A stretch of DNA of 64,000 nt from Candidatus Nanopelagicales bacterium (GTDB lineage: Bacteria > Actinomycetota > Actinomycetes > S36-B12): NCBI GenBank assembly GCA_021741645.1, contig JAIOXK010000003.1:3504-67503 (forward strand), written 5' to 3'. Of this stretch, positions 1-9,553 are shown piece by piece. The notes below the pieces were generated by a model. It searched no databases. It saw only the letters and a list, made by a program, of their open reading frames with translations, and had not been told where the DNA came from. The translations under genes and the position numbers were made by a program. How positions within the stretch are numbered: the stretch's first letter is position 1; each line of letters opens with the position of its first letter.

Positions 1-625
1 ACGTCTTCTTGTGCCGGATGATCGTGATGCCGCCTGGTTCGAAGCCTGCCTGCGCCGTGGTGATCACGGGCCCTTCGTCCGTGAAGGTCTGACCGCCATC
101 GCGCGAGACGGCCGCATTGATGCTTCCGCCCGCGGTGTAGAAGAGTCGCATTGACTTTCCACCGAGGGACACGACTCTGGGTTGTCCCGCGGCGATTCCG
201 GGAAGCGGGTCGCCGCCGTCATTTACGAAGGTGGTGCCCCCCCTGTTCGTTGAAGTTGCTGACCTGACGCCCGGAAGCGAGGTTGATGAGTTCACGAAGG
301 CGAAGAGGCGAATCTTTCCGCTCGGCAGTCGAATGGCGGTGGCGTCCGCCACCTGGCTGCCGTCTGATGAGAATGTTGCTGCATCCAGCGCCACCCCTAG
401 CGTCCGAAAATTTCCGGCAGCCTTCAACGAGGAACTCTGCTGAGATGGGGGCGGTCCTTCCAGCACCCACTTTCCGCCTTGGCAGTTCATGGGCGCACCC
501 TCGAAGGGTGCCTTGTTTCCCTCGGGGCTGCACGAGTCGCCCGGCCTGATGTCTGCTGCCGCAGGGGTGCCGCCCACGACAACCAGGATCGATGCGATTA
601 CACCCACCAAGAGCGACCTCAGCAT
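1..625 (-). CDS. Secreted BNR/Asp-box repeat protein (sialidase-like fold), N-terminal part; 3' end outside window
   Basis: Absent from ORF track because it runs off the left edge. Manual reverse translation from ATG at 625 gives MLRSLLVGVIASILVVVGGTPAAADIRPGDSCSPEG (signal peptide). The frame stays open to position 1. Canonical Asp-box SRDGGQTF is encoded at 83..106. Confidence 0.6.
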   Translation of the reverse strand, partial: MLRSLLVGVIASILVVVGGTPAAADIRPGDSCSPEGNKAPFEGAPMNCQGGKWVLEGPPPSQQSSSLKAAGNFRTLGVALDAATFSSDGSQVADATAIRLPSGKIRLFAFVNSSTSLPGVRSATSTNRGGTTFVNDGGDPLPGIAAGQPRVVSLGGKSMRLFYTAGGSINAAVSRDGGQTFTDEGPVITTAQAGFEPGGITIIRHKKT

Positions 626-716
626 GCGAAGCAAGGTACTCTCTCCCGCTCTGTGCGGGAGGAAAATCAGGGAATCGTCGTTACGGCACTGGGGCGGGCC
701 CACCCCTGCCTGCCAC

Positions 717-2594
717 CTACTCCGCTGAGCGCGCGAGTTTGTAGAGCTTGGGATCGGTGGACGTCAGTCCCGTCACCATCGATGTGATGGCCAGGCGGGC
801 CGAGTCCACGGCGCCCTCCTGCCAGCCGGGAGTCTGGCTGTACGTGTCGCCGGCGAAGTAGATCCGACCTCGAGGCAGTGTCGTGATCTTCTTGTAGACC
901 TTCGACTGCGTCAGGTAGGTCTCGTTGGCCCAGCCGCCCACCTGGCCTGGCATGTACTGCCACGCAATCGTCAGCGCCTTGTCGGCGTAGACCTTGGCGA
1001 CGAACTGAGGGTGCAGGGATTCCCCGCCGAGCAGGGCCTGACGGATCCGGGCACGTTGATTGAGCTCCCCGTACTTCCAGCCGTCCACACCACGGTTGTA
1101 GGCCGCCGTGAGGATGCCGGTGGGAGCATTGAAGTCCTCCGAGGGGTACCAGATCTGACTTGAGGGCAGAGTCGTCCAGCTGATTCCGCCGTAGATAGAG
1201 TCCTCGTCCTCCCAGAAGCGGTAGCGGCCCTGCAGGCCAACTTTGATTGCCGGCACCATCTCGACTTCAGCGAGCAGGGACTTGACCTTCGGGGAGAGGT
1301 TTGACGTGATGCGCATCTCTGGGGGAATGGGAATGCGAAAGTCGGTGCCGTCCGGCCCGGGGGCCGAACTCTTCCCACCTAGGAGGGCCGGAGCTGCTGT
1401 GACGATGCAGAAGTCCACCTCGAGAGGCTCGGCAAGGCCATCGACCCCGATCGACACCCCGGAGTCGGTGTTGTTGATGAAGCGCACATTGCTCTCAAGG
1501 CGCACGAGGTCTCCTACGAACCGCTGACCGGCCAACTCGCCGGTGTCGCGATCTGCGAAATCTGGCGCTGGGATGCCTGTGCCCTCATATCCCAAGCTCT
1601 GCGCGGGGACTTGCTGAAGCAGCAACTGCTGCCAGATCCTGTCCATCCCGCCGATGGGCTGCATCAGGGTGGGCTGCCAGTTGATGTAGTTCGGATTGAA
1701 CAGGAACGATCCTGCTGAGGTCTCGAGGTCTCCGACGCCCGTGAAGTCGGAATCGAGGATCTCCTCCAGAGACACGGGAGTGCCTGTCTCGATTGTCGAT
1801 TGCCACCCGCCAGGCTCCTGCACATAGCCCACGGTGTCCGAGCCGTTGACAGTGCCATTGGACTGAAGGTTTCCGAACTGCGTGAGCATGGCCTGGACCT
1901 TCTTCTCCTCGTAACCCTTGAGGATGAGGCCGTCGCTCACTGCCTGGGACATGACTGTTGCCAGTTCGCCCATCAGGCTGTAGTTGATGGCACGCCACTG
2001 CACGGGCTTGCCGTCCTTGTAGGTCTCGCTCGAGAGCAGGTTCGAACCCGAAAGGAAGACGTAGGGCTCCAACCGCACGCCCACCTCACCGCAGAGGTCC
2101 AGAAGGGCTGTGTGGTTGCTCGGGATTCGGCCGGGCCCGGCATTGAGAAACAGCTCGACCGGCTCATCGGTGCCCGGCCAGTTCTCGACGACGAAGTCTG
2201 CGGTCTGTTCTTGGGGAACAGGCGAGTCCGAACGCTCGTGGTAGCCCGAGACGTACATGCGCGAGAAGAGGCGGTGAGGGTTGTACTGGTCGAACCACCA
2301 GTTCCGATACTCCGGGTCGGCAGGACGGACGGTGAGGCTGCGACCGCCATAGCGATCGTCGCTCTCGAGGACGACAACTCGAAAGCCTGCCCGCGCGGCA
2401 ACGTAGGCGGCAGTGAGTCCGGACACGCCTGATCCGACGATGGCGACTGAGCGGGTCTCGTCTGGGTTGAACGGCAGGTCCGAGAAGTCTGGCGTTCGCG
2501 CCTGAGCGGGGGAACCCTTCGGCAGGGCCAGGAATGCTCCGAGGATGGCTGCGGCTGCAAGGACGCTTCGTCTGCTCAGGGCGATGTCAGGCAT
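717..2594 (-). CDS. Tat-exported flavin-containing amine oxidase / L-amino-acid-oxidase family protein
   Basis: 625-aa ORF. N-terminus SRRSVLAAAAILGAFLALP is a twin-arginine-type signal. VAIVGSGVSGLTAAYVAARAGFRVVVLESDDRYGGR is the GxGxxG-E-x-RxGGR FAD fold of amine oxidases. Confidence 0.8.
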   Translation of the reverse strand: MPDIALSRRSVLAAAAILGAFLALPKGSPAQARTPDFSDLPFNPDETRSVAIVGSGVSGLTAAYVAARAGFRVVVLESDDRYGGRSLTVRPADPEYRNWWFDQYNPHRLFSRMYVSGYHERSDSPVPQEQTADFVVENWPGTDEPVELFLNAGPGRIPSNHTALLDLCGEVGVRLEPYVFLSGSNLLSSETYKDGKPVQWRAINYSLMGELATVMSQAVSDGLILKGYEEKKVQAMLTQFGNLQSNGTVNGSDTVGYVQEPGGWQSTIETGTPVSLEEILDSDFTGVGDLETSAGSFLFNPNYINWQPTLMQPIGGMDRIWQQLLLQQVPAQSLGYEGTGIPAPDFADRDTGELAGQRFVGDLVRLESNVRFINNTDSGVSIGVDGLAEPLEVDFCIVTAAPALLGGKSSAPGPDGTDFRIPIPPEMRITSNLSPKVKSLLAEVEMVPAIKVGLQGRYRFWEDEDSIYGGISWTTLPSSQIWYPSEDFNAPTGILTAAYNRGVDGWKYGELNQRARIRQALLGGESLHPQFVAKVYADKALTIAWQYMPGQVGGWANETYLTQSKVYKKITTLPRGRIYFAGDTYSQTPGWQEGAVDSARLAITSMVTGLTSTDPKLYKLARSAE

Positions 2595-2808
2595 GGGGGC
2601 ACTCCAGGGGCAGGTGGTGGGTGGTGTGCGAGCGACCGCTCCGTGAAGGTGGTCTTGCTTTGGAACCTAGCGCCGTGCGAGGGAAAGCCCAGCGCACGCT
2701 TGCCGTGTTCGTGTGTTTCCCGAACGTCCTGCCTTCGTCCGCGTGTGGTCTCCATTTCTCGTGCGTAGTTTCGCGATAGCGAACGTGCGATGCAGCAGAG
2801 GAGATGAC

Positions 2809-4332
2809 ATGGGCCTGACACGGCGTGACCTCATGCTTGCTGCAGGAGTGGGCACCGCCGGTCTGGTCGCGACCAGCGCCGGTGGGGCCGCGGCATGGAG
2901 CGTGGCTGGTCCGCCCGAGTCGGCGGCAGACGGGCCGGTACTGCGAAGCCGCAATGGCCGTCTGCGAGTAGACCTCAGTGCGGGGCCCGGCAATGTCAAG
3001 GTCAACGGTTCGTCGACCGGGGGGTTGTTGACCTACAACGGTCGGTTCCCCGCTCCGACCATGGTCGTGAAGCCGGGGGATCGCCTCCAGATCCGCCTGA
3101 CGAACAAGACTCCCACGTGGACCAACCTGCACTTCCACGGGCTCCACGTGTCACCCCGGGGCCTTCAGGACAACGTCTTTGCGCAAATTGAGCCGGGTGA
3201 CACTCGGGCATATGACGTCCGTATTCCGAAGGACCATCCAAGTGGCCTGTTCTGGTACCACCCGCACTTCCACACGGAGACCGGACCTCAAGTCTGGGCC
3301 GGCATGTCCGGACTCCTCATTGTTGAAGGCGGCGCCGCCGACCTCCCAGGCGTCAAGGGGCTGCGTAGACACGCCTTCGGCATTCGCGAAGGGGGGCTCG
3401 GCCCTGATGGCGGATGGGCGGACTACACGTCGCTGACGCCGGCCACGTCGCCGTTGTTTGTCAATGGGCGAATCAACCCGAGAATCACCATGCGCCCGGG
3501 GGAGACACAGTTCTGGCAGCTGGGCAATATCGGTGTCGCCGCGTACTACCAGGTTGCGCTGGATGGCCATGAGTTCACGGTTGTCGAGGAGGACGGCGCC
3601 ATGGTCTGGCGGACGTGGACTTCGGACACCCTGTTCTTCCCACCCGGCAAGCGGTACGGAGTTCTGGTGACGGCACGCAAGCGTGCCGGCGTGGTGCTGC
3701 TTCGACAGCTGGGATACGACCAAGGCAAGGATCAATGGCCGGCAGCGCCACTCGTTCGAGTTCAGATCGAGGGCGAACGTGCGCAGAGTGTCACCGTCCC
3801 GGAGCAGATTGGCGACCCACCCTCATGGCTGACGGATGACATCGCCCAGCGGCGGGTGCTCACGCTCACTCAGGCCATTGTTGACGGGGCATCTGAGTTC
3901 TACATCGACGGCATGCTCTTCGACAACCTGACCTTTGCTGACGTGATCCAGGTGAAGCTCGGCACCACTGAGGACTGGGTGATTCGCAATGCCACGTCCG
4001 TATATGCAGGTGCACCCCGGAATGAGCAGCATCCCTTCCACATCCACGTCAACGACTTCGCCGTGGTGGAGACCGGGGATTGGGATCCACTCACGAACGA
4101 GACGAGCAATCGCGTTCGAGTCACGCCGCAGAGCGTGGCCGACACCGTCAACGTCCCGTGGAACGCCTATGTGCGCTTTCGGACGCACTTCGCGGACTTC
4201 GTCGGCAGGAGCGTCTTCCACTGCCATCTGCTGTTCCACGAGGATCACGGGATGATGGGGGTCTTCGACATCGTCGACGCCCAGGGTAAAGGGGCGGGCC
4301 CAGACCAGCGCCTGCCGACGCACTCGCACTGA
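2809..4332 (+). CDS. Tat-exported multicopper oxidase (laccase/CueO-like)
   Basis: Copper-ligand motifs HFHGLHV, WYHPHFH, HPFHIHVNDF and HCHLLFHEDHGMMG. Start moved to ATG 2809 (MGLTRRDLMLAAGVGTAG, Tat motif) preceded by GAGGAG. The track ORF begins at 2713. Confidence 0.85.
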   Translation: MGLTRRDLMLAAGVGTAGLVATSAGGAAAWSVAGPPESAADGPVLRSRNGRLRVDLSAGPGNVKVNGSSTGGLLTYNGRFPAPTMVVKPGDRLQIRLTNKTPTWTNLHFHGLHVSPRGLQDNVFAQIEPGDTRAYDVRIPKDHPSGLFWYHPHFHTETGPQVWAGMSGLLIVEGGAADLPGVKGLRRHAFGIREGGLGPDGGWADYTSLTPATSPLFVNGRINPRITMRPGETQFWQLGNIGVAAYYQVALDGHEFTVVEEDGAMVWRTWTSDTLFFPPGKRYGVLVTARKRAGVVLLRQLGYDQGKDQWPAAPLVRVQIEGERAQSVTVPEQIGDPPSWLTDDIAQRRVLTLTQAIVDGASEFYIDGMLFDNLTFADVIQVKLGTTEDWVIRNATSVYAGAPRNEQHPFHIHVNDFAVVETGDWDPLTNETSNRVRVTPQSVADTVNVPWNAYVRFRTHFADFVGRSVFHCHLLFHEDHGMMGVFDIVDAQGKGAGPDQRLPTHSH

Positions 4333-4349
4333 GGTCTGGGCCCGGCCCC

Positions 4350-6419
4350 TCACAGGCTGCTCACCCGCGCGTCGACCGACTCCCAGACACCGGAGGCGCA
4401 GAAGCCGAAGTCGGCGGATTCCCCACCGGCGGGAACGGACGTCAACCAGGTCGGTGGTGTCACAGTCATGGCGCCGTCGCTTGAGCTGACGGTCCCGTTC
4501 CAGTGGGTGGTGATCTGCGACCCGGCAGGCAGGGTGAAGCGCAGGGACCACGGCCCTGATGCGGTGCTGCCCGCGTTGGTGACCACGGCAGTGCGGCAGT
4601 ACCCGCCGTCCCAGGTGGAGTCCGCTCGCCATGTGATCGCCAGCGTCGTGTCAGGAGTCGTGGGTGTGGGACTCGTGGGCGTGGGTGCTGGCGCTGGAGT
4701 TGGCGTCGGCAGCGGAGCAGGCGCCAGGCCGACATTGCCTGCAGCGTCCTCGCCAGAGTCCACCGCGCCGGCCGGAGTCGTGACTGCGAGAGCGCTGGGG
4801 GCTCCGGTGCCATTGATGCAGAAGCCGGTGTCGGAGTAGCTGCCGCCGGCGGGTGCCGTGGCCCATGCCGGCGCTGTGATCGAGAGCACCCGTCCATTGA
4901 CGGTGGCCTCGCCATTCCACACAGAGCCCAAGGTCTGCCCTGATCGCAGAGTTACCGACATGCTCACGATGTCCGCAGCTGAACGTCCGGTGTTGTTGAC
5001 AACGACGTGTCCGCACCAGCCGCTGTTCCAGGTGGAGTCAGTCACGACCGACATCGTCAGCGCGCCTGAGCCCACCTCGGTGGTGCTCGTGTCTTCGCCG
5101 GACGAATCTTCGGCGAACGAATCGTCCGTATCGGGCAGCTCTGGCTTCGCAGTCGCCGGCGGTGATGAGATCGCGCCGAAGTCCATCGGTCGACGATCCA
5201 TCAGGTCAGACAGCAGGCCCATCTTGTCTGCGTGAACGGTCTGCCAGTCGTCCTTGAGGATTCCGCCGGTGTCGCCGGAATTGGGATTCCAGGACCAGAA
5301 GGTCCAGCTGATCCCCTTGCGGCCGAGGTAGTCCGCGAACTGGCGGATCCAGTGTCCCTCGGTGGTGTCCGTGCCGACGTTCTTGGCGCCGAATTCCCCA
5401 ACGAGCAGTGGAGCGATGTCGTTGTCATGGATGTATCCGAAGCCGGCATCCCAGCGGCTCTCAAGGATGTCCGCCATGTTCGGATCACTGAACCACGGCT
5501 GGGCAAAGACGCCCGGTCCGTACTCGTGCGGGGAGTACACGAGCTTGTCGGCCACGTTCAGTCGAACGGGATTGCGTCGGACGCCTTCGAGATTGCCGCC
5601 CCACCAGTGCCGATCAAGCTGGCCGCCGGCCACGGGCTGCTCGATGCCCTCGACGAGGATGAGGAGATCGGGGTTCTGGCCGAGCACGATGTTGCCGGCA
5701 CGCTCGGCTGCTCGCCGCCAGTCTGTTGCTCCGCCCGTTCCCCAGGTCGCGCTGCCGTGCGGCTCGTTCTTGAGATCCGCTGCGATGACGTGCGGGGAGT
5801 CCGCGTAGCGCTCGGCAAGACGGCTCCATGCTTGGACCCAGTCGTTCTCTGTGTAGCCGTCCTGCCCGAACCACAGGTCGTACATGAATCCGTCATCGGA
5901 CTGCGAGTGGTTGTCCAAGATCACCATCAGGCCCTGGCGACCGGCCTCATCGATGATCACGTCCATGGCCTGCTGAGGGGTCTTGCCCTTGAGCGCGGCA
6001 TTGCGGCCACTCCCGTAGTCGATCCCGCTCGTCGTGGCGGACTCCAAAGCCTCGAGCGAGAAGGGCATGCGAATGGTGTTGAAGCCCTGCTGCTTGATCT
6101 GCCGGAGCATGTCCTTGTAGTCACGCGACCACAGTCCGTGCGGAGCATGGTTGGCCGTCTCGAACCCGAACCAGTTGACGCCTTGCAGGACCACCTCGTT
6201 GCCGCGGGCATCTACGATCTCGTTGCCGTCAGTGGACAGCGGTAGGGCAGGAAGTCCGCTCGCTGCCGTGGCCGGCGGTGTCCCCGTCAGGAGAATCGCG
6301 CAGGAGGTGGCGACCGCAGCCGTGACGGCCAGCCATCGACGAGACCTCGCTCTGGTCGACGGCTCTGGGTGGCGACTCACCAACGTGTCGGCGGTGGCTC
6401 TGCTCGGTGATGGATGCAT
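4350..6419 (-). CDS. Secreted GH5 endoglucanase (cellulase) with two C-terminal CBM2-like modules
   Basis: Signal peptide, then GH5 signature VNWFGFETANHAPHGLWSRDYKDMLRQIKQQGFNTIRMPF and DLKNEPHG. Two W/N-rich modules (TWNSGWCGHVVVNNTG..WNGE..GFC and TWDGGYCRTAVVTNAG..WNGT..GFC) are separated by a PT-rich linker. Confidence 0.85.
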   Translation of the reverse strand: MHPSPSRATADTLVSRHPEPSTRARSRRWLAVTAAVATSCAILLTGTPPATAASGLPALPLSTDGNEIVDARGNEVVLQGVNWFGFETANHAPHGLWSRDYKDMLRQIKQQGFNTIRMPFSLEALESATTSGIDYGSGRNAALKGKTPQQAMDVIIDEAGRQGLMVILDNHSQSDDGFMYDLWFGQDGYTENDWVQAWSRLAERYADSPHVIAADLKNEPHGSATWGTGGATDWRRAAERAGNIVLGQNPDLLILVEGIEQPVAGGQLDRHWWGGNLEGVRRNPVRLNVADKLVYSPHEYGPGVFAQPWFSDPNMADILESRWDAGFGYIHDNDIAPLLVGEFGAKNVGTDTTEGHWIRQFADYLGRKGISWTFWSWNPNSGDTGGILKDDWQTVHADKMGLLSDLMDRRPMDFGAISSPPATAKPELPDTDDSFAEDSSGEDTSTTEVGSGALTMSVVTDSTWNSGWCGHVVVNNTGRSAADIVSMSVTLRSGQTLGSVWNGEATVNGRVLSITAPAWATAPAGGSYSDTGFCINGTGAPSALAVTTPAGAVDSGEDAAGNVGLAPAPLPTPTPAPAPTPTSPTPTTPDTTLAITWRADSTWDGGYCRTAVVTNAGSTASGPWSLRFTLPAGSQITTHWNGTVSSSDGAMTVTPPTWLTSVPAGGESADFGFCASGVWESVDARVSSL

Positions 6420-6560
6420 GGGCTGGCTCCTCTTCGTGATCGCGAAACGATGTCCATCACGGTGCGCCAGATGTCTGGGAGTTTCCTGTGAGACCAGAGG
6501 GCAGCGTTCGGTTATTCGCGCATGCCGTGGACGGATTCCCGCGTCGTGGAGGGGGTTTCG

Positions 6561-8348
6561 TTATGCAGGGGATTTCGCACTGACGGGCCACGTGGCTGTC
6601 AGGAGCGCCCCGCCACCGGTGCTGTTGCCGAGGTGCCAGGTGGCGCCCGACTCGGTGATGCACTGCAGGCCCAGCCCCTCGTTCGGATGGGTGCTGGCGC
6701 CGATCCCGTCGTCCTCGACGGTCATGGTCACTTCACGATCGCCTAGTGAAGAGACACCAATCTGCGCATGTCGGGCCTGGCCATGGCGGCTGGCGTTCGT
6801 CAGTGCCTCCTCGGCGCAGCTCACGAGGCGGGCGATGGCGTCAGGATGATCCTTGAGCACGCTCACCGCCTCGGCGCTGACATCGAGCGTGACGTCGACG
6901 AGACCTGCCCAGGGCAGGATGAGTGCCTCGAGTTGCTCCACCACTGATGCCGATGGCGCTTCCTGCCAGCGTGCAAGCCGATCGAGGTCGTTGGCTGCCT
7001 GTTCCAGAAGGGAATCGATCCGCACCTGGAGGTCGGTGACCGAGGGCTCATGACCCCGGGCAAGTTCGTCGAGGTGAATACGCAGGGCGAAGGAGACAGC
7101 AGCGAGGCGACCTTGCACAGGGCCATGGAGGATCTCAGGGATCTGCTCGCGGGTTCGGTTCCCTTGGACGTTGAATTCCTCGGTGGCAGTGGTGAGTGCG
7201 TCGTTGGTGACTTGGAGCTCCTGGATCGATGATGATGCCTGGAGGGCGCCCTCGACGACGGTGGTGATGACCAGGAGCAGAATCACCGAGACGACGTTTG
7301 CCGCGACTGTCTCCGGCCCGGGCTCCGCCCACAGGCACCGGGGAGAGGCCGTATCGAGGATGAGCCGGTAGACCCAGAAGCCTGCCACGGTCGCGGCCAC
7401 GAGCCACATGAGTCCCCATGGGCGCATCCGTAATGGCCTCCACTGCCCGACGAGGCCAAGGGTCAATGTCACGGCCAGGAATCCCATGACGGCCATAGCC
7501 GGAACGCCGGTGCAGCCGAGGTTGAACTGCGCGATGAACAGCAGGGCTGCGGCCACTCCCATGATGGGAAGATTGATGCGAGCCGAGAGCGTGAGATCGA
7601 TGATCTGGCTGAGCGTGGAGGTTCGGGCGGGTCGATCCGTGGTCACTGCCGATGGCGGCTCAGATATCTCATGGCTGATCGATCGGACGACGCGTGATGT
7701 GTAGTCGCTGACCTCGGCATGAAGGTGAGTGAGGAGATCGGCGGAGGGGGAGGCACCTATGGCGGCCACCTGGCGGCGAAGCCGATCGATCTCGGGGGCG
7801 ACGGTGGTGGCGATCGCGAGGGCGAGGTCCTTCGACTGCTGCTCGGCATAGCCCTCGGCTCTGGACCTCAGCTCGAGGAGTCGGCGTTGCTGACGGCGCA
7901 GGAGGCGCTGTTGCCGACGGCGATCCGCCAGGGTGGCCATTCCCGAACTCGCCAGCGCCAGAATGATCGTCGTGAATACCGCCGCCAGAGCGACATTGGC
8001 GGCGGAGATGATCGGTTCTCCTGACACAAGTGACCTGAGCGTCGCTGCGGTCAGAGCCGATGTTGCTCCTGCAGCCGCCCACGTGAGGAGAATGCCGACG
8101 ATTCCGGTGCGAGTACGCCGAACCTGCGCGGAGAGGGAGACAAGGGCGAAGAGCAGGAAGCCGGAGAGAGGGGCTGACAAGGAGATGATCAGTCGAGTGG
8201 TGGCGGTGAATTCTTCGAAGCCGATCCCCGAGCGAGAGTAGGTCCCGAGCATGAACAGCGGCAGGAGGCACGCATAGAGGGGAATGGACAGGGGCCACTC
8301 GCTGCGCAGTGTGCGCGAGACGACCTCGTTGTCAGCGAACGGTGACAT
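6561..8348 (-). CDS. Polytopic sensor histidine kinase (HisKA_3-like H-box, HATPase_c)
   Basis: H-box EILHGPVQGRLAAV, N-box EEALTNASRHG, G1 VEDDGIG. Many hydrophobic helices. Start uncertain: ATG 8348 (MSPFADNEVV) or 8381. Either overlaps the upstream regulator gene. Confidence 0.75.
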   Translation of the reverse strand: MSPFADNEVVSRTLRSEWPLSIPLYACLLPLFMLGTYSRSGIGFEEFTATTRLIISLSAPLSGFLLFALVSLSAQVRRTRTGIVGILLTWAAAGATSALTAATLRSLVSGEPIISAANVALAAVFTTIILALASSGMATLADRRRQQRLLRRQQRRLLELRSRAEGYAEQQSKDLALAIATTVAPEIDRLRRQVAAIGASPSADLLTHLHAEVSDYTSRVVRSISHEISEPPSAVTTDRPARTSTLSQIIDLTLSARINLPIMGVAAALLFIAQFNLGCTGVPAMAVMGFLAVTLTLGLVGQWRPLRMRPWGLMWLVAATVAGFWVYRLILDTASPRCLWAEPGPETVAANVVSVILLLVITTVVEGALQASSSIQELQVTNDALTTATEEFNVQGNRTREQIPEILHGPVQGRLAAVSFALRIHLDELARGHEPSVTDLQVRIDSLLEQAANDLDRLARWQEAPSASVVEQLEALILPWAGLVDVTLDVSAEAVSVLKDHPDAIARLVSCAEEALTNASRHGQARHAQIGVSSLGDREVTMTVEDDGIGASTHPNEGLGLQCITESGATWHLGNSTGGGALLTATWPVSAKSPA

Positions 8349-9009
8349 GCCCGGACTGCCACCTGCGCACGGCGAGGACACGAGAGTTGTACTCAGGCGA
8401 AGGTGCGATTCCCAAGGCCTGCATTGTGCGCTGAACCGCTGCCTCGGCCGCTCTCAGTGACGTGCCGCGGCGCGAGGCGATGCCCGCATTCGACAGACCC
8501 TCAGCCATGAGATGCAGGATCTCCGCCTGCACGGAGCTGATGATGATCTCGTCGGCCACTCCCGATGTGTCGGGGCGATGGACTCCCACCTGAGTGATGG
8601 CCTGTTCGATGGCCGCCGGAATGTCATCCATCGAGTCGAGTGCGGACTTGACCAGCATGACGGCATCGGCAGGAAGCTGATCGGAGCTGCCCACGGCAAG
8701 TTCAACCGATCGGTGTGCAGTCAGGACGACCAAGCCGATCCATGGAAAGTCCGCGGATATGCGCTGGAGCAGGTCGACCCCAGACGGACCTGGGCCCAGA
8801 TCCAAGTCGGTGATGACCGCGTGCGGCTCGAACTCCTCGAGGGATGAAATCGCCTCGGCCACACTCGTCACCGCTCGCACATCAAGCCCTGCACCCGCGA
8901 GGCTGTCCGATACGGCCTGACGGGTGAAGTCCTCATCCTCGACGAGGATGATGCGTCGCGGGGGCGTCTCTGAGGAGCCATCAGGCGCCATTGCCGCGTC
9001 ATATGACAT
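8332..9009 (-). CDS. Response regulator, NarL/LuxR family
   Basis: Receiver motifs RIILVEDEDF and AVITDLDLGP. C-terminal LuxR HTH (AEILHLMAEGLSNAGIASRRGTSLRAAE). Start ATG 9009 is preceded by GGAGG. The track ORF extends to 9096. Confidence 0.8.
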   Translation of the reverse strand: MSYDAAMAPDGSSETPPRRIILVEDEDFTRQAVSDSLAGAGLDVRAVTSVAEAISSLEEFEPHAVITDLDLGPGPSGVDLLQRISADFPWIGLVVLTAHRSVELAVGSSDQLPADAVMLVKSALDSMDDIPAAIEQAITQVGVHRPDTSGVADEIIISSVQAEILHLMAEGLSNAGIASRRGTSLRAAEAAVQRTMQALGIAPSPEYNSRVLAVRRWQSGHVTVR

Positions 9010-9136
9010 GGTGCCTCCTCTCCCGCCTGAACTAGCCTGCCGACGGCTCTCGTGGTTGAGAACCGCACCTGACGGTAACGAGTCCGTCTGCCCCATGAGG
9101 AGGATGCCGCAGGAGACGTTCGGTTTTTCGCTGCGA

Positions 9137-9538
9137 TCAGTCCTCGGGCGGAGGCAGGATTCGGAAACCGCAATGCGGGCACACGCGCGCGTCCTTGGAG
9201 ATCTGCTCGGCGCAATCCGGGCACGTCTGCTTGCGCCTCCAGCCGAAGATCACGGAGACGACGGAGTTCGCCTTCGCCCCGTTCCCGACCCCGGCCAGGC
9301 AGTGCCGGCAGTAGGTGGCCAATTGGGCGGCATCCTTGGCGGGGCGGCCCTGGGCTTCTGCGGCGATCGTGTCGGCGAGATCGGCCGCCTGCTCAAGGAC
9401 ACCTCGGGACCCGGAGTCCATCGCATGGTTGACCCCCTCCCACGCCTGCCGAACCGCCTGCCTTGCTCGTCCGCGCTCCCACTCCGCACGGGCGAAGTCG
9501 ACGAGCTGCTCGGGGGTCACAGGACGATTCAACCCCAT
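9137..9538 (-). CDS. Hypothetical protein with C-terminal zinc-ribbon (CPDC..x12..CPHC)
   Basis: 133-aa ORF ending CPDCAEQISKDARVCPHCGF. The codon pattern is consistent with neighbouring genes. Confidence 0.5.
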   Translation of the reverse strand: MGLNRPVTPEQLVDFARAEWERGRARQAVRQAWEGVNHAMDSGSRGVLEQAADLADTIAAEAQGRPAKDAAQLATYCRHCLAGVGNGAKANSVVSVIFGWRRKQTCPDCAEQISKDARVCPHCGFRILPPPED

Positions 9539-9553
9539 GCGGTGGGGCCACCC

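Noticed and set aside
36-46. GGTTCGAAGCC, resembling a tRNA T-arm (GGTTCGAATCC).
   Set aside because: It lies inside the BNR-protein coding frame, with no flanking acceptor, D-arm or anticodon-arm complementarity.
3823-4632. Numerous 60-420 aa ORFs antisense to or out of frame with the called genes. Examples are 3823..4632 minus, 5232..6245 plus, 17105..18097 minus, 21764..23155 minus, 40336..41595 minus, 47453..48628 plus and 59339..60877 plus.
   Set aside because: These are typical high-GC shadow ORFs. They have Arg/Gly/Pro/His-rich low-complexity translations and no recognisable motifs, and they fully overlap genes with strong family signatures.
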